Shown: positions 7,918-16,053 of the stretch, piece after piece | Layout: the number at the start of each line of letters is the position of its first letter | How positions within the stretch are numbered: the stretch's first letter is position 1 | From: Burkholderiales bacterium | GTDB lineage: Bacteria > Pseudomonadota > Gammaproteobacteria > Burkholderiales > Casimicrobiaceae | Length of the DNA: 34,054 bases | Direction: 5' to 3' | Assembly (NCBI GenBank): GCA_043731765.1 | Contig: JAYTIR010000108.1 | Span: 1 to 34,054 of the forward strand | Translations under genes and position numbers: made by a program | The notes under the pieces: generated by a model | Told to the model about the DNA's origin: nothing | The model's input: only the letters and a program-made list of their open reading frames with translations | Database searches by the model: none

Positions 7918-9600
7918 TCAACTTCGCGGTGACGCGCTGGCCTCGCCCTGCGCCCGCAGTCCATCCAGTGTCGTGCTCATCGTCAATGCCTGAGGATCGA
8001 CCTTGACGTGGATCAGGCAGGGACCGGCCACGGACCGCGCCCGCTCGAACGCCGGCGCGAATTCTTCTGTCCGCACTACCGTTTCGCCGGCCGCGCCATA
8101 AGCTCGCGCCAACGCCGCGAAATCCGGATTGCGCAATTCCGTGCCCGACACGCGCCCCGGATAGTTTTTCTCCTGGTGCATCCTTATCGTCCCGTACATG
8201 CCGTTGTCGATGACGACGAAGATCACCGCGAGGTTGTATTGGACGGCGGTGGCCAGTTCCTGGCCGTTCATGAGGAAGCAACCGTCGCCGTTCCACGATA
8301 CGACAACGCGCCCCGGGTGGACCGCCTTGGCGGCTATGGCGGCGGGAACGCCATAACCCATGGCGCCTGAGTAGGGCGCGAGCTGGGTGCGGAAGCCACG
8401 GTACCGGAAGAGTCGGTGCATCCATGTCGAATAGTTGCCCGCGCCATTGGTGACGATGGCGTCGTCCGGCAGGTGCGCGTCGAGCCATTGCGCGATCCGC
8501 CACAGGTCGACGTCGCCGGGCACTGGGCGCGGTGTCTGCCACGCCATGTAGTCAGCGCGCGCGCTTGCCACCGCCTCGCGGCGTCCCTTCGCCGACGGCA
8601 GCGCTTCGGCGGACAGTGCTGCAAGAAAGGCGCCCGGTGTCGAATTGATCGCGAGCGCGGGCTGATAGACGCGGCCGAGTTCCTCGGCGCCGGGATGCAC
8701 GTGTATGAGCGACTGCGATGGCGTCGGCACGGCAAGCAGCGTGTAACCCGAAGTCGTCATCTCGCCCAGGCGCTCGCCAATCACCAGCAGGACGTCCGCG
8801 TCGCGCACGCGCGCCGCAAGCTTCGGATTGATGCCGATGCCGACATCCCCGGCATAATTCGCGTGGCGATTGTCGAAGAGATCCTGGCTGCGGAACGCGC
8901 AGCCTACGGACAGGTCCGCGTTCTCCGCGAATCGCCGCAATGTGGCGCATGCCTCGGTGTCCCATCGACTGCCGCCGACAATCAACATTGGCCGCGCGGC
9001 GCGCGAAAGCATGTCGCGTGCGGCAGCCACCTGGCCCGAATCGGGAGCCGCGGTGATCGCTTCGACGCGCGTCACGTCCGAACATTCGGCGCGCGCGGTG
9101 AGCATGTCTTCGGGAAGCGCCAGCACAACCGGTCCGGGCCGGCCTGAGGTGGCGGTCCGGTACGCATGGGCCAGGTATTCGGGAATGCGTTCGGCGCGAT
9201 CGATCTGCGCAGCCCACTTGGCCACGCTGCCGTACATCCTGCGGTAGTCGATTTCCTGGAACGCTTCACGGTCGGTCATGTCGCTGCCGACCTGGCCGAC
9301 GAAGACGATCATGGGGGTCGAATCCTGCGCGGCGGTATGAATGCCGATGGCCGCATTGGCCGCACCCGGGCCGCGGGTCACGAACGCGAGTCCCGGGCGG
9401 CCGGTAAGTTTGCCGAAGGCCTCCGCCATGTAGGCGGCGCCGCCTTCCTGCCTGCAGACGATGAATTGAAAGCGCTCGCGTACGTCGACCATGGCATCGA
9501 GAACGGCGAGGTAGCTCTCGCCGGGGACGCCGAACGCAAGCTTCGCACCTTGCGCGAGCAGGCCGGCGACGAGGATTTCTCCGCCCGTACGGGAGGTCAT
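7918..9600 (-). CDS. ThDP-dependent enzyme, acetolactate synthase-like superfamily, substrate unknown
   Basis: FGVPGESYL, CRQEGGAAYMA, VTRGPGA.NA; ThDP motif GDGCFLMNGQE...DNGMYGTIRMHQE. No small regulatory subunit nearby. Confidence 0.9.
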   Translation of the reverse strand: MTSRTGGEILVAGLLAQGAKLAFGVPGESYLAVLDAMVDVRERFQFIVCRQEGGAAYMAEAFGKLTGRPGLAFVTRGPGAANAAIGIHTAAQDSTPMIVFVGQVGSDMTDREAFQEIDYRRMYGSVAKWAAQIDRAERIPEYLAHAYRTATSGRPGPVVLALPEDMLTARAECSDVTRVEAITAAPDSGQVAAARDMLSRAARPMLIVGGSRWDTEACATLRRFAENADLSVGCAFRSQDLFDNRHANYAGDVGIGINPKLAARVRDADVLLVIGERLGEMTTSGYTLLAVPTPSQSLIHVHPGAEELGRVYQPALAINSTPGAFLAALSAEALPSAKGRREAVASARADYMAWQTPRPVPGDVDLWRIAQWLDAHLPDDAIVTNGAGNYSTWMHRLFRYRGFRTQLAPYSGAMGYGVPAAIAAKAVHPGRVVVSWNGDGCFLMNGQELATAVQYNLAVIFVVIDNGMYGTIRMHQEKNYPGRVSGTELRNPDFAALARAYGAAGETVVRTEEFAPAFERARSVAGPCLIHVKVDPQALTMSTTLDGLRAQGEASASPRS

Positions 9601-9627
9601 GGCAGGTGTGGGCAAAACATGTCAGGT

Positions 9628-9666
9628 TTAAGTAAACTGAGTTAAGTAAACTGAGTTAAGCAAACC
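9628..9666. repeat. 14-bp tandem repeat TTAAGTAAACTGAG, about 2.7 copies
   Basis: TTAAGTAAACTGAG TTAAGTAAACTGAG TTAAGCAAACC; AT-rich island within a GC-rich divergent intergenic region. Confidence 0.9.
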
Positions 9667-9668
9667 AG

Positions 9669-9704
9669 ATTCTACGCGACGAGCCGCAGGCACTCTCCTA
9701 TAAT
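9669..9704. promoter_or_regulatory. Back-to-back -10 elements of divergent promoters
   Basis: TAGAAT on the minus strand (9669-9674) toward the ThDP enzyme; TATAAT on the plus strand (9699-9704) toward the MscS gene. No clear -35 elements. Confidence 0.45.
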
Positions 9705-9733
9705 CGCCGGCAACCCGATCCCGTTCCGCCCCA

Positions 9734-11254
9734 ATGCCTACCTACGACACCATCCACGACGCATCGCTGTTCGCCGCAATGGGATTGTTGCTGGCCATCA
9801 TAACAATGCGGCGGGCGCGCCCGTTCCGCAAGGGCATGGCGACCATGGTGATCCTGATGGCCGTCGGCCTGGCGGCCCTGTTCGCGCTTGCCCAGTATGG
9901 GGAAGCGATAGACAGCAGGACATTGGTGGTCATACTGCGCGAATTGGCGTTGCTGGTCGTCGCTTTCGCGTTCGTCCGCATCAGCATCATTTTTCTGTTC
10001 GAGGTCCTGCTGTCCCAGGCGGCAGTGCCGCGAATGATGGCGGAGGTGCTGCTTGCAGTCACCCTCATCATCTACGCCATCTATCGGATGAACGAGGTCG
10101 GCGTAAACCTCGCCAGCCTCATCACCACGTCCGCGGTACTCACCGGCGTCATCGCATTCTCGATGCAGGAGATGCTGGGCAACCTCTGGGGCGGAATCGC
10201 GCTGCAGGCCGACAACACGTGCCGGATCGGCGACTGGATCCGCGTCGACGGCGTGGTAGGGCAGATCATCGGCATCCGCTGGCGTTGCCTCGCCGTGGCG
10301 ACCAACGACGGCGAAACCGTGATGATGCCCAATGCCCAGCTGGTCAAGAGCCGCGTGACGGTCCTGGCACGCCGTGGTGACCTGAAGATTCCCTGGCGAC
10401 GCCCCGTGGAATTTTTCGTCGGCTACGATGCCGCGCCGTCCCGGGTGCTTGCCGTGGTCGAAGCGGCGCTGGCGCGTGCGGAAATCCCGAACGTCGCCAA
10501 GTATCCGCCCGCCATCTGCACTTGCCGGTCATTCGACGACAACTCGATCCGTTATGCGGTCCTCTACTGGTTGACGGACCCCACCGTCGACCTGGCCACC
10601 GACTCGCAGATCCGCGCCCATGTATTCGCAACGCTCGCGCGGCACCACATGGAAATGCCGCTGCCGCGCCGTGTGTTGTTGACGCCAGACGCCGTGACCG
10701 CGCAACACGTTGCGACCAGCGCACGTGAAATCACCAGCCGGCTCGACGTTCTTTCCCGCCTCAAACTGTTCGGGGAGTTGACCGACGGCGAGCGGCGCGC
10801 GCTTGCCGCGGAATTGAGCGATGCGCCCTACGTGACGGGCGACGTGATCTCGCGCGAGGGCGACGTCTCGGACTCGTTGTTCATCCTGGCCGCGGGCAGC
10901 GTCGAGATCGTCCGTGAAGGCACGGATGCCTCGGGCGAACGCAAGCATCTCGCTGACATGCCCGCACCCGATCACTTCGGCGAAATGGGCCTGCTGACCG
11001 GACAGGCCCGCTCGGCCACCGTGGTCGCGCGCGAGGACGTGCTGTGCTACCGGCTGGAAAAGCGCGGATTCGATGCGATCCTCAAGGCGCGGCCGGAAAT
11101 CGCCGAGGCAATGGCGCAGGTGGTGGCGGCGCGCCTGGCTGCCAACGATGCGACGATGCAGGCGCTGGATGATGTCGCGCGGCGCAAGCGCGCCTCCGGA
11201 ACGGCGGGTGAGCTGCTGAGGAAAATCCGCGTGTTCTTCGAACTCACCAACTGA
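9734..11254 (+). CDS. MscS-family channel with C-terminal cyclic-nucleotide-binding domain (bCNG-like)
   Basis: N-terminal TMs; MscS TM3 region SLITTSAVLTGVIAFSMQEMLGNLWGGIAL, IGDWIRV, MPNAQL; cNMP phosphate-binding cassette FGEMGLLTGQARSATVVA. Confidence 0.88.
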   Translation: MPTYDTIHDASLFAAMGLLLAIITMRRARPFRKGMATMVILMAVGLAALFALAQYGEAIDSRTLVVILRELALLVVAFAFVRISIIFLFEVLLSQAAVPRMMAEVLLAVTLIIYAIYRMNEVGVNLASLITTSAVLTGVIAFSMQEMLGNLWGGIALQADNTCRIGDWIRVDGVVGQIIGIRWRCLAVATNDGETVMMPNAQLVKSRVTVLARRGDLKIPWRRPVEFFVGYDAAPSRVLAVVEAALARAEIPNVAKYPPAICTCRSFDDNSIRYAVLYWLTDPTVDLATDSQIRAHVFATLARHHMEMPLPRRVLLTPDAVTAQHVATSAREITSRLDVLSRLKLFGELTDGERRALAAELSDAPYVTGDVISREGDVSDSLFILAAGSVEIVREGTDASGERKHLADMPAPDHFGEMGLLTGQARSATVVAREDVLCYRLEKRGFDAILKARPEIAEAMAQVVAARLAANDATMQALDDVARRKRASGTAGELLRKIRVFFELTN

Positions 11255-11290
11255 GAACGCTATTTCGACTGCTTCGCTGGCGTCCTTCGG

Positions 11291-12193
11291 TCAGCGGCCG
11301 TTGATGATGTCCTCGCGCTTGACCACGAACACGCAGTCTTCCGAACCGGCGGTGGGGAGCCACACGAAGGGCAGCCGTGGAAACGCGACCTCCGCCGCAG
11401 CGCGGTTGTGGCCCAGTTCGACGACCAGCGTCCCGTGCGGATTGAGAAAGCGCGGTGCCTCCTTGAGAATGGTGCGCACCGCGTCCAATCCATCGTCGCC
11501 GCCGGCAAGGGCCATTTCCGGTTCATGGCGATATTCGTCCGGCAGTTCCTCCATGGCCATCGCGGTGACGTAGGGCGGATTGCTGATGATGAGGTCGTAG
11601 GTCTTTTCCGGCAGGTTGGCGAAGAGGTCGGAGCGAATGAGATTGATGCGATCCGCCAGCGCGTAGTCGCTGACGTTGCGCTGCGCCACCGCCAGCGCCG
11701 CGGACGAGACGTCCACGGCATCAACATCCGCCTCCGGGTACGCATGCGCCAGAAGGATGGCGAGGCAGCCCGAACCCGTGCACATGTCGAGCGCCGTCTG
11801 CACTTGCGCGGCGGGACCGACGTGGGCCTCCAGGCCGCCGGGCATCAATTCGGCAATGTACGAGCGCGGGATCAGTACACGTTCGTCGACATAGAAACGG
11901 AAATCACCGAGCCACGCCTCGCGCGTGAGGTAGGCGGCCGGGACGCGCTCGTCGATCCGCCGCGTGAACAGCTGACCGAGGGTCGCCCGCTCGGCCTGGG
12001 TCAACTTGGCGTCGAGGAAGGGCTCGAGCCGGTCGAGCGGCAGGTGCAGCGCATGCAGCAGCAGGTAGGCAGCCTCGTCGTAGGCCTCGGTGTTGCCGTG
12101 CCCGAAGTGGAGTTTGGCTTCTCCAAAACGCGACACGGACCAGCGCAGCCAGTCGCGCAGCGTCTCCAGTTCGCCGGTGGGGATGGAACTCAT
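11291..12193 (-). CDS. prmB: 50S ribosomal protein L3 N5-glutamine methyltransferase
   Basis: [61 protein letters not shown]; start overlaps the dapE stop (ATGA). Confidence 0.95.
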   Translation of the reverse strand: MSSIPTGELETLRDWLRWSVSRFGEAKLHFGHGNTEAYDEAAYLLLHALHLPLDRLEPFLDAKLTQAERATLGQLFTRRIDERVPAAYLTREAWLGDFRFYVDERVLIPRSYIAELMPGGLEAHVGPAAQVQTALDMCTGSGCLAILLAHAYPEADVDAVDVSSAALAVAQRNVSDYALADRINLIRSDLFANLPEKTYDLIISNPPYVTAMAMEELPDEYRHEPEMALAGGDDGLDAVRTILKEAPRFLNPHGTLVVELGHNRAAAEVAFPRLPFVWLPTAGSEDCVFVVKREDIINGR

Positions 12194-13329
12194 GTCAGCA
12201 GTCGTGTCAGGATCCCGCGGTAAATGGCAGCCAGCGGCTCCAGGTCCGCGACGCGAACGCACTCGTTCAATTTGTGAATGGTGGCGTTCACCGGCCCCAG
12301 CTCGATGACCTCGTTGCAGATGTCGGCAATGAAGCGGCCGTCCGACGTGCCGCCGGTACAGGAGAGTTCCGGCGTGCGGCCGGTAACGTCATGGACTGCC
12401 GCGGCAGCGACGTCGGCCAGCCTGGCGCGCGGTGTGAGGTACGGCTTGCCCCATCCGGTCCACGCCAGTCCATGGGGAAGGCGGTGCTTGGCGAGAACGG
12501 CCTCGAAGCGCTTCTGCAGCGATTCGCGGGTGCTGGCGGTCGAGTAACGAAAATTGAACTGCATCTCTAGCGTGCCGGGAATGACATTGGCAGCACCCGT
12601 GCCGGCGTGGATGTTGGAACACTGCCAGGTCGTCGGCGGAAAATATTCGTTGCCCGCATCCCACTGCGTGGCCGCCAGTTCCGCGATGACCGGCGCCACG
12701 AGGTGGATCGGGTTTTGTGCGAGGTGAGGGTAGGCGATATGTCCCTGCACGCCGTTCACCGTCAGCGTACCTGACAGCGTGCCACGGCGGCCGTTCTTGA
12801 TCATGTCACCCAGGTTCTCGACCGAGGACGGCTCGCCGACCACACAGTAGTCGATCGTTTCTCCGGACGCTGCCAGGCGTTCGACGATCCTGGCCGTGCC
12901 GTCGATGGAGGGCCCTTCCTCGTCGGACGTGACAATCAGTGCGATCGAGCCCGGCGCGCCGGGATGCGCGGCGAGAAATCCCTCGATCGCGGTGATGAAC
13001 GCGGCAAGCGAACTCTTCATGTCCGCGGCGCCGCGGCCGTACAGGAAGCCGTCGCGCAGCGTTGGCGCAAACGGGTCGGAATGCCACGCGGCGACGGGCC
13101 CGGTCGGTACCACGTCCGTATGGCCCGCGAAGCAGACGAGGGGACGCGTGGTGCCGCGCCGCGCCCACAGGTTGGTGACGCCGTTGCTGACCAACGTTTC
13201 GCAGCGGAATCCAAGCGGCGTGAGCCGTTCGACGATCAGCGCCTGACACCCGGCATCGTCCGGGGTGATCGAGCGCAGCGCGATCAGGTCGCGTGCAAGT
13301 GCCAGCGTCGGCAGGGCGGCGGTATCCAT
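12190..13329 (-). CDS. dapE: Succinyl-diaminopimelate desuccinylase
   Basis: [56 protein letters not shown]. Confidence 0.96.
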   Translation of the reverse strand: MDTAALPTLALARDLIALRSITPDDAGCQALIVERLTPLGFRCETLVSNGVTNLWARRGTTRPLVCFAGHTDVVPTGPVAAWHSDPFAPTLRDGFLYGRGAADMKSSLAAFITAIEGFLAAHPGAPGSIALIVTSDEEGPSIDGTARIVERLAASGETIDYCVVGEPSSVENLGDMIKNGRRGTLSGTLTVNGVQGHIAYPHLAQNPIHLVAPVIAELAATQWDAGNEYFPPTTWQCSNIHAGTGAANVIPGTLEMQFNFRYSTASTRESLQKRFEAVLAKHRLPHGLAWTGWGKPYLTPRARLADVAAAAVHDVTGRTPELSCTGGTSDGRFIADICNEVIELGPVNATIHKLNECVRVADLEPLAAIYRGILTRLLT

Positions 13330-13336
13330 GCCGCGA

Positions 13337-13345
13337 ATGTTAACA
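13337..13345 (-). promoter_or_regulatory. Extended -10 element 7 nt upstream of the dapE ATG (possible leaderless start)
   Basis: Minus strand reads TG-T-TAACAT, 7 nt, ATG; no SD sequence. Confidence 0.4.
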
Positions 13346-13381
13346 AATGCGGAATGGCCGGGCAGGGAACACGCCTCCGGC

Positions 13382-14551
13382 CTAATGCGTCTGGTCGAGC
13401 AGTTCCGTATTGATCGTCAGCGTCGCGAAGTCCGCACCCACGCGTCTTTGCTCGGTCTTCGGGTCCACCTCCATGGCGGCGACGCGGGACGACGGGCTGT
13501 TCTGGTTGATCTGCCAGGCCAGGTTGGTGGGCGAATCGGAGGCAATCATCGCCTCGTCGTAGGCGATGACCCCATCGAGGTAGAGGCGGCAGAGCGCCTG
13601 CTCGAAGGTCTGCGAGCCGGGGTAGAGGGATTGCTCCATCGCTTCCTTGATCTGCGCGAATTCACCGTTCTTGATGAGATCCGAGATCAGCGAGGTGTTG
13701 AGCAGGATCTCCACCGCGGGCTGCTGCTCGCCCTCGCGGTTGCGCACCAGGCGCTGGCACACGATGGCGCGCAGGCCGATCGACAGGTCGGACAGCACCG
13801 CCGGGCGCGCGTCGTGCGGGAACAGGTTGATGATCCGCGACAGCGCGTGGTAGCTGTTGTTGGCGTGGATCGTGGACAGGCACAGGTTGCCGGTGAGCGT
13901 GTGCAGCAGCGCCTGCTGCATCGTTTCCTTGTCGCGAATTTCACCGATCATGATGAGGTCCGGCGCCTCGCGCAGCGCGTTCTGCAGCGCGTGCGAATAA
14001 GTCACCGTGTCCACGCCGATTTCGCGCTGGTTGATCACGCTCTGCTTGTGCTCGAACAGGTATTCGATCGGGTCCTCGATCGTGAGGATGTGGCCGGAAC
14101 GGTTGGCGTTGCGGTAATCAATCATCGCCGCCAGCGTCGTCGACTTGCCCGAGCCCGTGGAACCGGCGACCAGCACCATTCCGCGCTTTTCCATGATCAG
14201 GTTGAGGAGCACCGGCGGCAGCTTCAGCTCCTCGTAGGGCGGCACATTGCTGCGCACGTACCGGATGACCAGTGAGATGGTCCCGCGCTGGCGGAAGATG
14301 TTGACCCGGAAATTGCCGACGGTGCGATCGAGGTGCGAGAGGTTCATCTCCATCTCGTTCTCGAACTCGCGGGCCTGTTCCTTGGTCATCAACTCATAGG
14401 CGATGCGGCGGACGGTTTCAATGTCCATCGGCTGCGTCGACACCGGCGCGACCACGCCGTTGACCTTCATGTTGATCGGCGCGCCGCAGGAAATGAAAAG
14501 ATCCGAGGCTTGCTTCTCGGCCATCAGCTTGAACAGTCTGTCGAGATACAT
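13382..14551 (-). CDS. pilU: PilT/PilU family type IV pilus ATPase (PilU-like)
   Basis: ASDLFI, Walker [10 protein letters not shown], Asp box TIEDPIE, QREIG.D, Walker B IMIGEIRD; lacks the PilT AIRNLIRE motif (has LISDLIKN). Confidence 0.85.
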   Translation of the reverse strand: MYLDRLFKLMAEKQASDLFISCGAPINMKVNGVVAPVSTQPMDIETVRRIAYELMTKEQAREFENEMEMNLSHLDRTVGNFRVNIFRQRGTISLVIRYVRSNVPPYEELKLPPVLLNLIMEKRGMVLVAGSTGSGKSTTLAAMIDYRNANRSGHILTIEDPIEYLFEHKQSVINQREIGVDTVTYSHALQNALREAPDLIMIGEIRDKETMQQALLHTLTGNLCLSTIHANNSYHALSRIINLFPHDARPAVLSDLSIGLRAIVCQRLVRNREGEQQPAVEILLNTSLISDLIKNGEFAQIKEAMEQSLYPGSQTFEQALCRLYLDGVIAYDEAMIASDSPTNLAWQINQNSPSSRVAAMEVDPKTEQRRVGADFATLTINTELLDQTH

Positions 14552-14620
14552 GGTGGCGCCTCGAAAGCTACAATGGGAACGGTCGTGCGTCGATCACGCG
14601 TGCCGCGGTTCCTATGATAA

Positions 14621-14635
14621 TGTCATGAATTGACA
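14621..14635. promoter_or_regulatory. Palindrome TGTCA-N5-TGACA, candidate operator overlapping a TTGACA hexamer
   Basis: TGTCATGAATTGACA in the divergent region between pilU and the phosphorylase gene. Confidence 0.35.
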
Positions 14636-14751
14636 ACGGTTTCCAGCGCTTGCCCATAACGTTCAGTCGGGACGCCATTCGGCACACTATCGCCACACTT
14701 CACCCACCCGGCAGCATTTTGCGGGTGCATTCAATGGGTTAAGCAAATTCC

Positions 14752-15513
14752 ATGCTCGCAATTATCGGTGGCACAGGTCTCACGCGCTTGTCGACGCTCC
14801 AGGTGGCGTACCGCGAGGTCGTCCGCACACCCTATGGCGACCCGTCGTCCGCGCTGCTGTTCGGCCAAATCGCCGGCCGCGATGCGGTCTTTCTGGCTCG
14901 GCACGGACATGGGCACACCATACCACCCCACCGCGTGAACTACCGCGCGAACCTGTCGGCGTTGCAACAGCGCGGCGCGGAGGCGGTCATCGCCGTGGCC
15001 TCCGTCGGCGGCATCGCGGCGAGTCGGCCCGGCGACCTCGTACTTCCGCACTCGCTCATCGATTACACGTCGGGGCGGGCCTCGACTTTCTTCGACGGCG
15101 GTGACCAGAAGGTCGTTCACGTCGATTTCACGCACCCCTACGCGCCGGAATTGCGTGCCTGTTGCCTCGCAGCGGCACGTGTTGCAGGTGTTGCCCTTCA
15201 GGACGGAGGCGTCTATGGCGCGGTGAACGGTCCGCGCCTGGAAACGGCTGCGGAAATCGACCGGATGGACCGGGATGGCGCCACGCTGGTCGGCATGACC
15301 GGCATGCCGGAAGCGGCGCTGGCGCGTGAGCTCGGCTTGCCCTATGTGGCCATCTGCGTCGTCGTCAACCACGCTGCCGGACGCGGCGACAGCGCGCAGA
15401 TGATTTCGATGGAGGGCATCACGGCCGTGCTCGAAGCGGCCATGGACAAGGTGCGCACGCTGCTCGACCACGTCGTGCCACGGGTTTCGGCGTCGGAGGG
15501 CGCGGAAAAATGA
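14752..15513 (+). CDS. S-methyl-5'-thioinosine phosphorylase (PNP/MTAP family)
   Basis: [42 protein letters not shown]; the base-specificity loop is VVNHAAG (Asn, 6-oxopurine type) rather than the MTAP TDYD. Confidence 0.88.
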   Translation: MLAIIGGTGLTRLSTLQVAYREVVRTPYGDPSSALLFGQIAGRDAVFLARHGHGHTIPPHRVNYRANLSALQQRGAEAVIAVASVGGIAASRPGDLVLPHSLIDYTSGRASTFFDGGDQKVVHVDFTHPYAPELRACCLAAARVAGVALQDGGVYGAVNGPRLETAAEIDRMDRDGATLVGMTGMPEAALARELGLPYVAICVVVNHAAGRGDSAQMISMEGITAVLEAAMDKVRTLLDHVVPRVSASEGAEK

Positions 15514-16046
15514 TCCGCAACGTCCTGCGCATGGGCGATCCGCGCCTGTGGGAACGCTCGGCGGAAGTCACCCAATTCGGCACGGCGGAATTGGCTTCAC
15601 TCCTCCTGGACATGCGCGACACCATGCGCGCGCAGAATGGCGCCGGGCTCGCCGCGCCGCAGATCGGCGTGCCGCTGCGGGTCGTGATTTTCGGACTGGA
15701 ACACAATCCGCGCTACCCCGATGCGGAACCGGCGCCCTATACCGAACTCGTCAATCCGGTGCTGACCCCGTTGTCCGACGCAACGGAAGATGGCTGGGAA
15801 GGCTGTTTGTCCGTGCCGGGATTTCGCGGTGTCGTCACGCGCTGGGCACGCCTTCGCTACACGGGTCTTGATCCGCAAGGACGAGAAATCGTGCGCGAGT
15901 GTTCGGACTTCCACGCCCGCGTCGTCCAGCACGAATGCGACCATCTCGACGGCATCCTGTACCCGATGCGCATTACCGACATGCGCCAGTTCGGATTTAC
16001 CGACGTCCTGTTTCCCGACATGGCCGGTGAGGATGCCGACGAGTGA
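15510..16046 (+). CDS. def: Peptide deformylase
   Basis: [24 protein letters not shown]; ATGA overlap with the upstream gene. Confidence 0.96.
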   Translation: MIRNVLRMGDPRLWERSAEVTQFGTAELASLLLDMRDTMRAQNGAGLAAPQIGVPLRVVIFGLEHNPRYPDAEPAPYTELVNPVLTPLSDATEDGWEGCLSVPGFRGVVTRWARLRYTGLDPQGREIVRECSDFHARVVQHECDHLDGILYPMRITDMRQFGFTDVLFPDMAGEDADE

Positions 16047-16053
16047 AAGACGC

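Noticed and set aside
9628-9666. Repeat considered as a CRISPR array or iteron set
   Set aside because: Units are 14 bp, contiguous and without spacers; no cas or rep gene is nearby.
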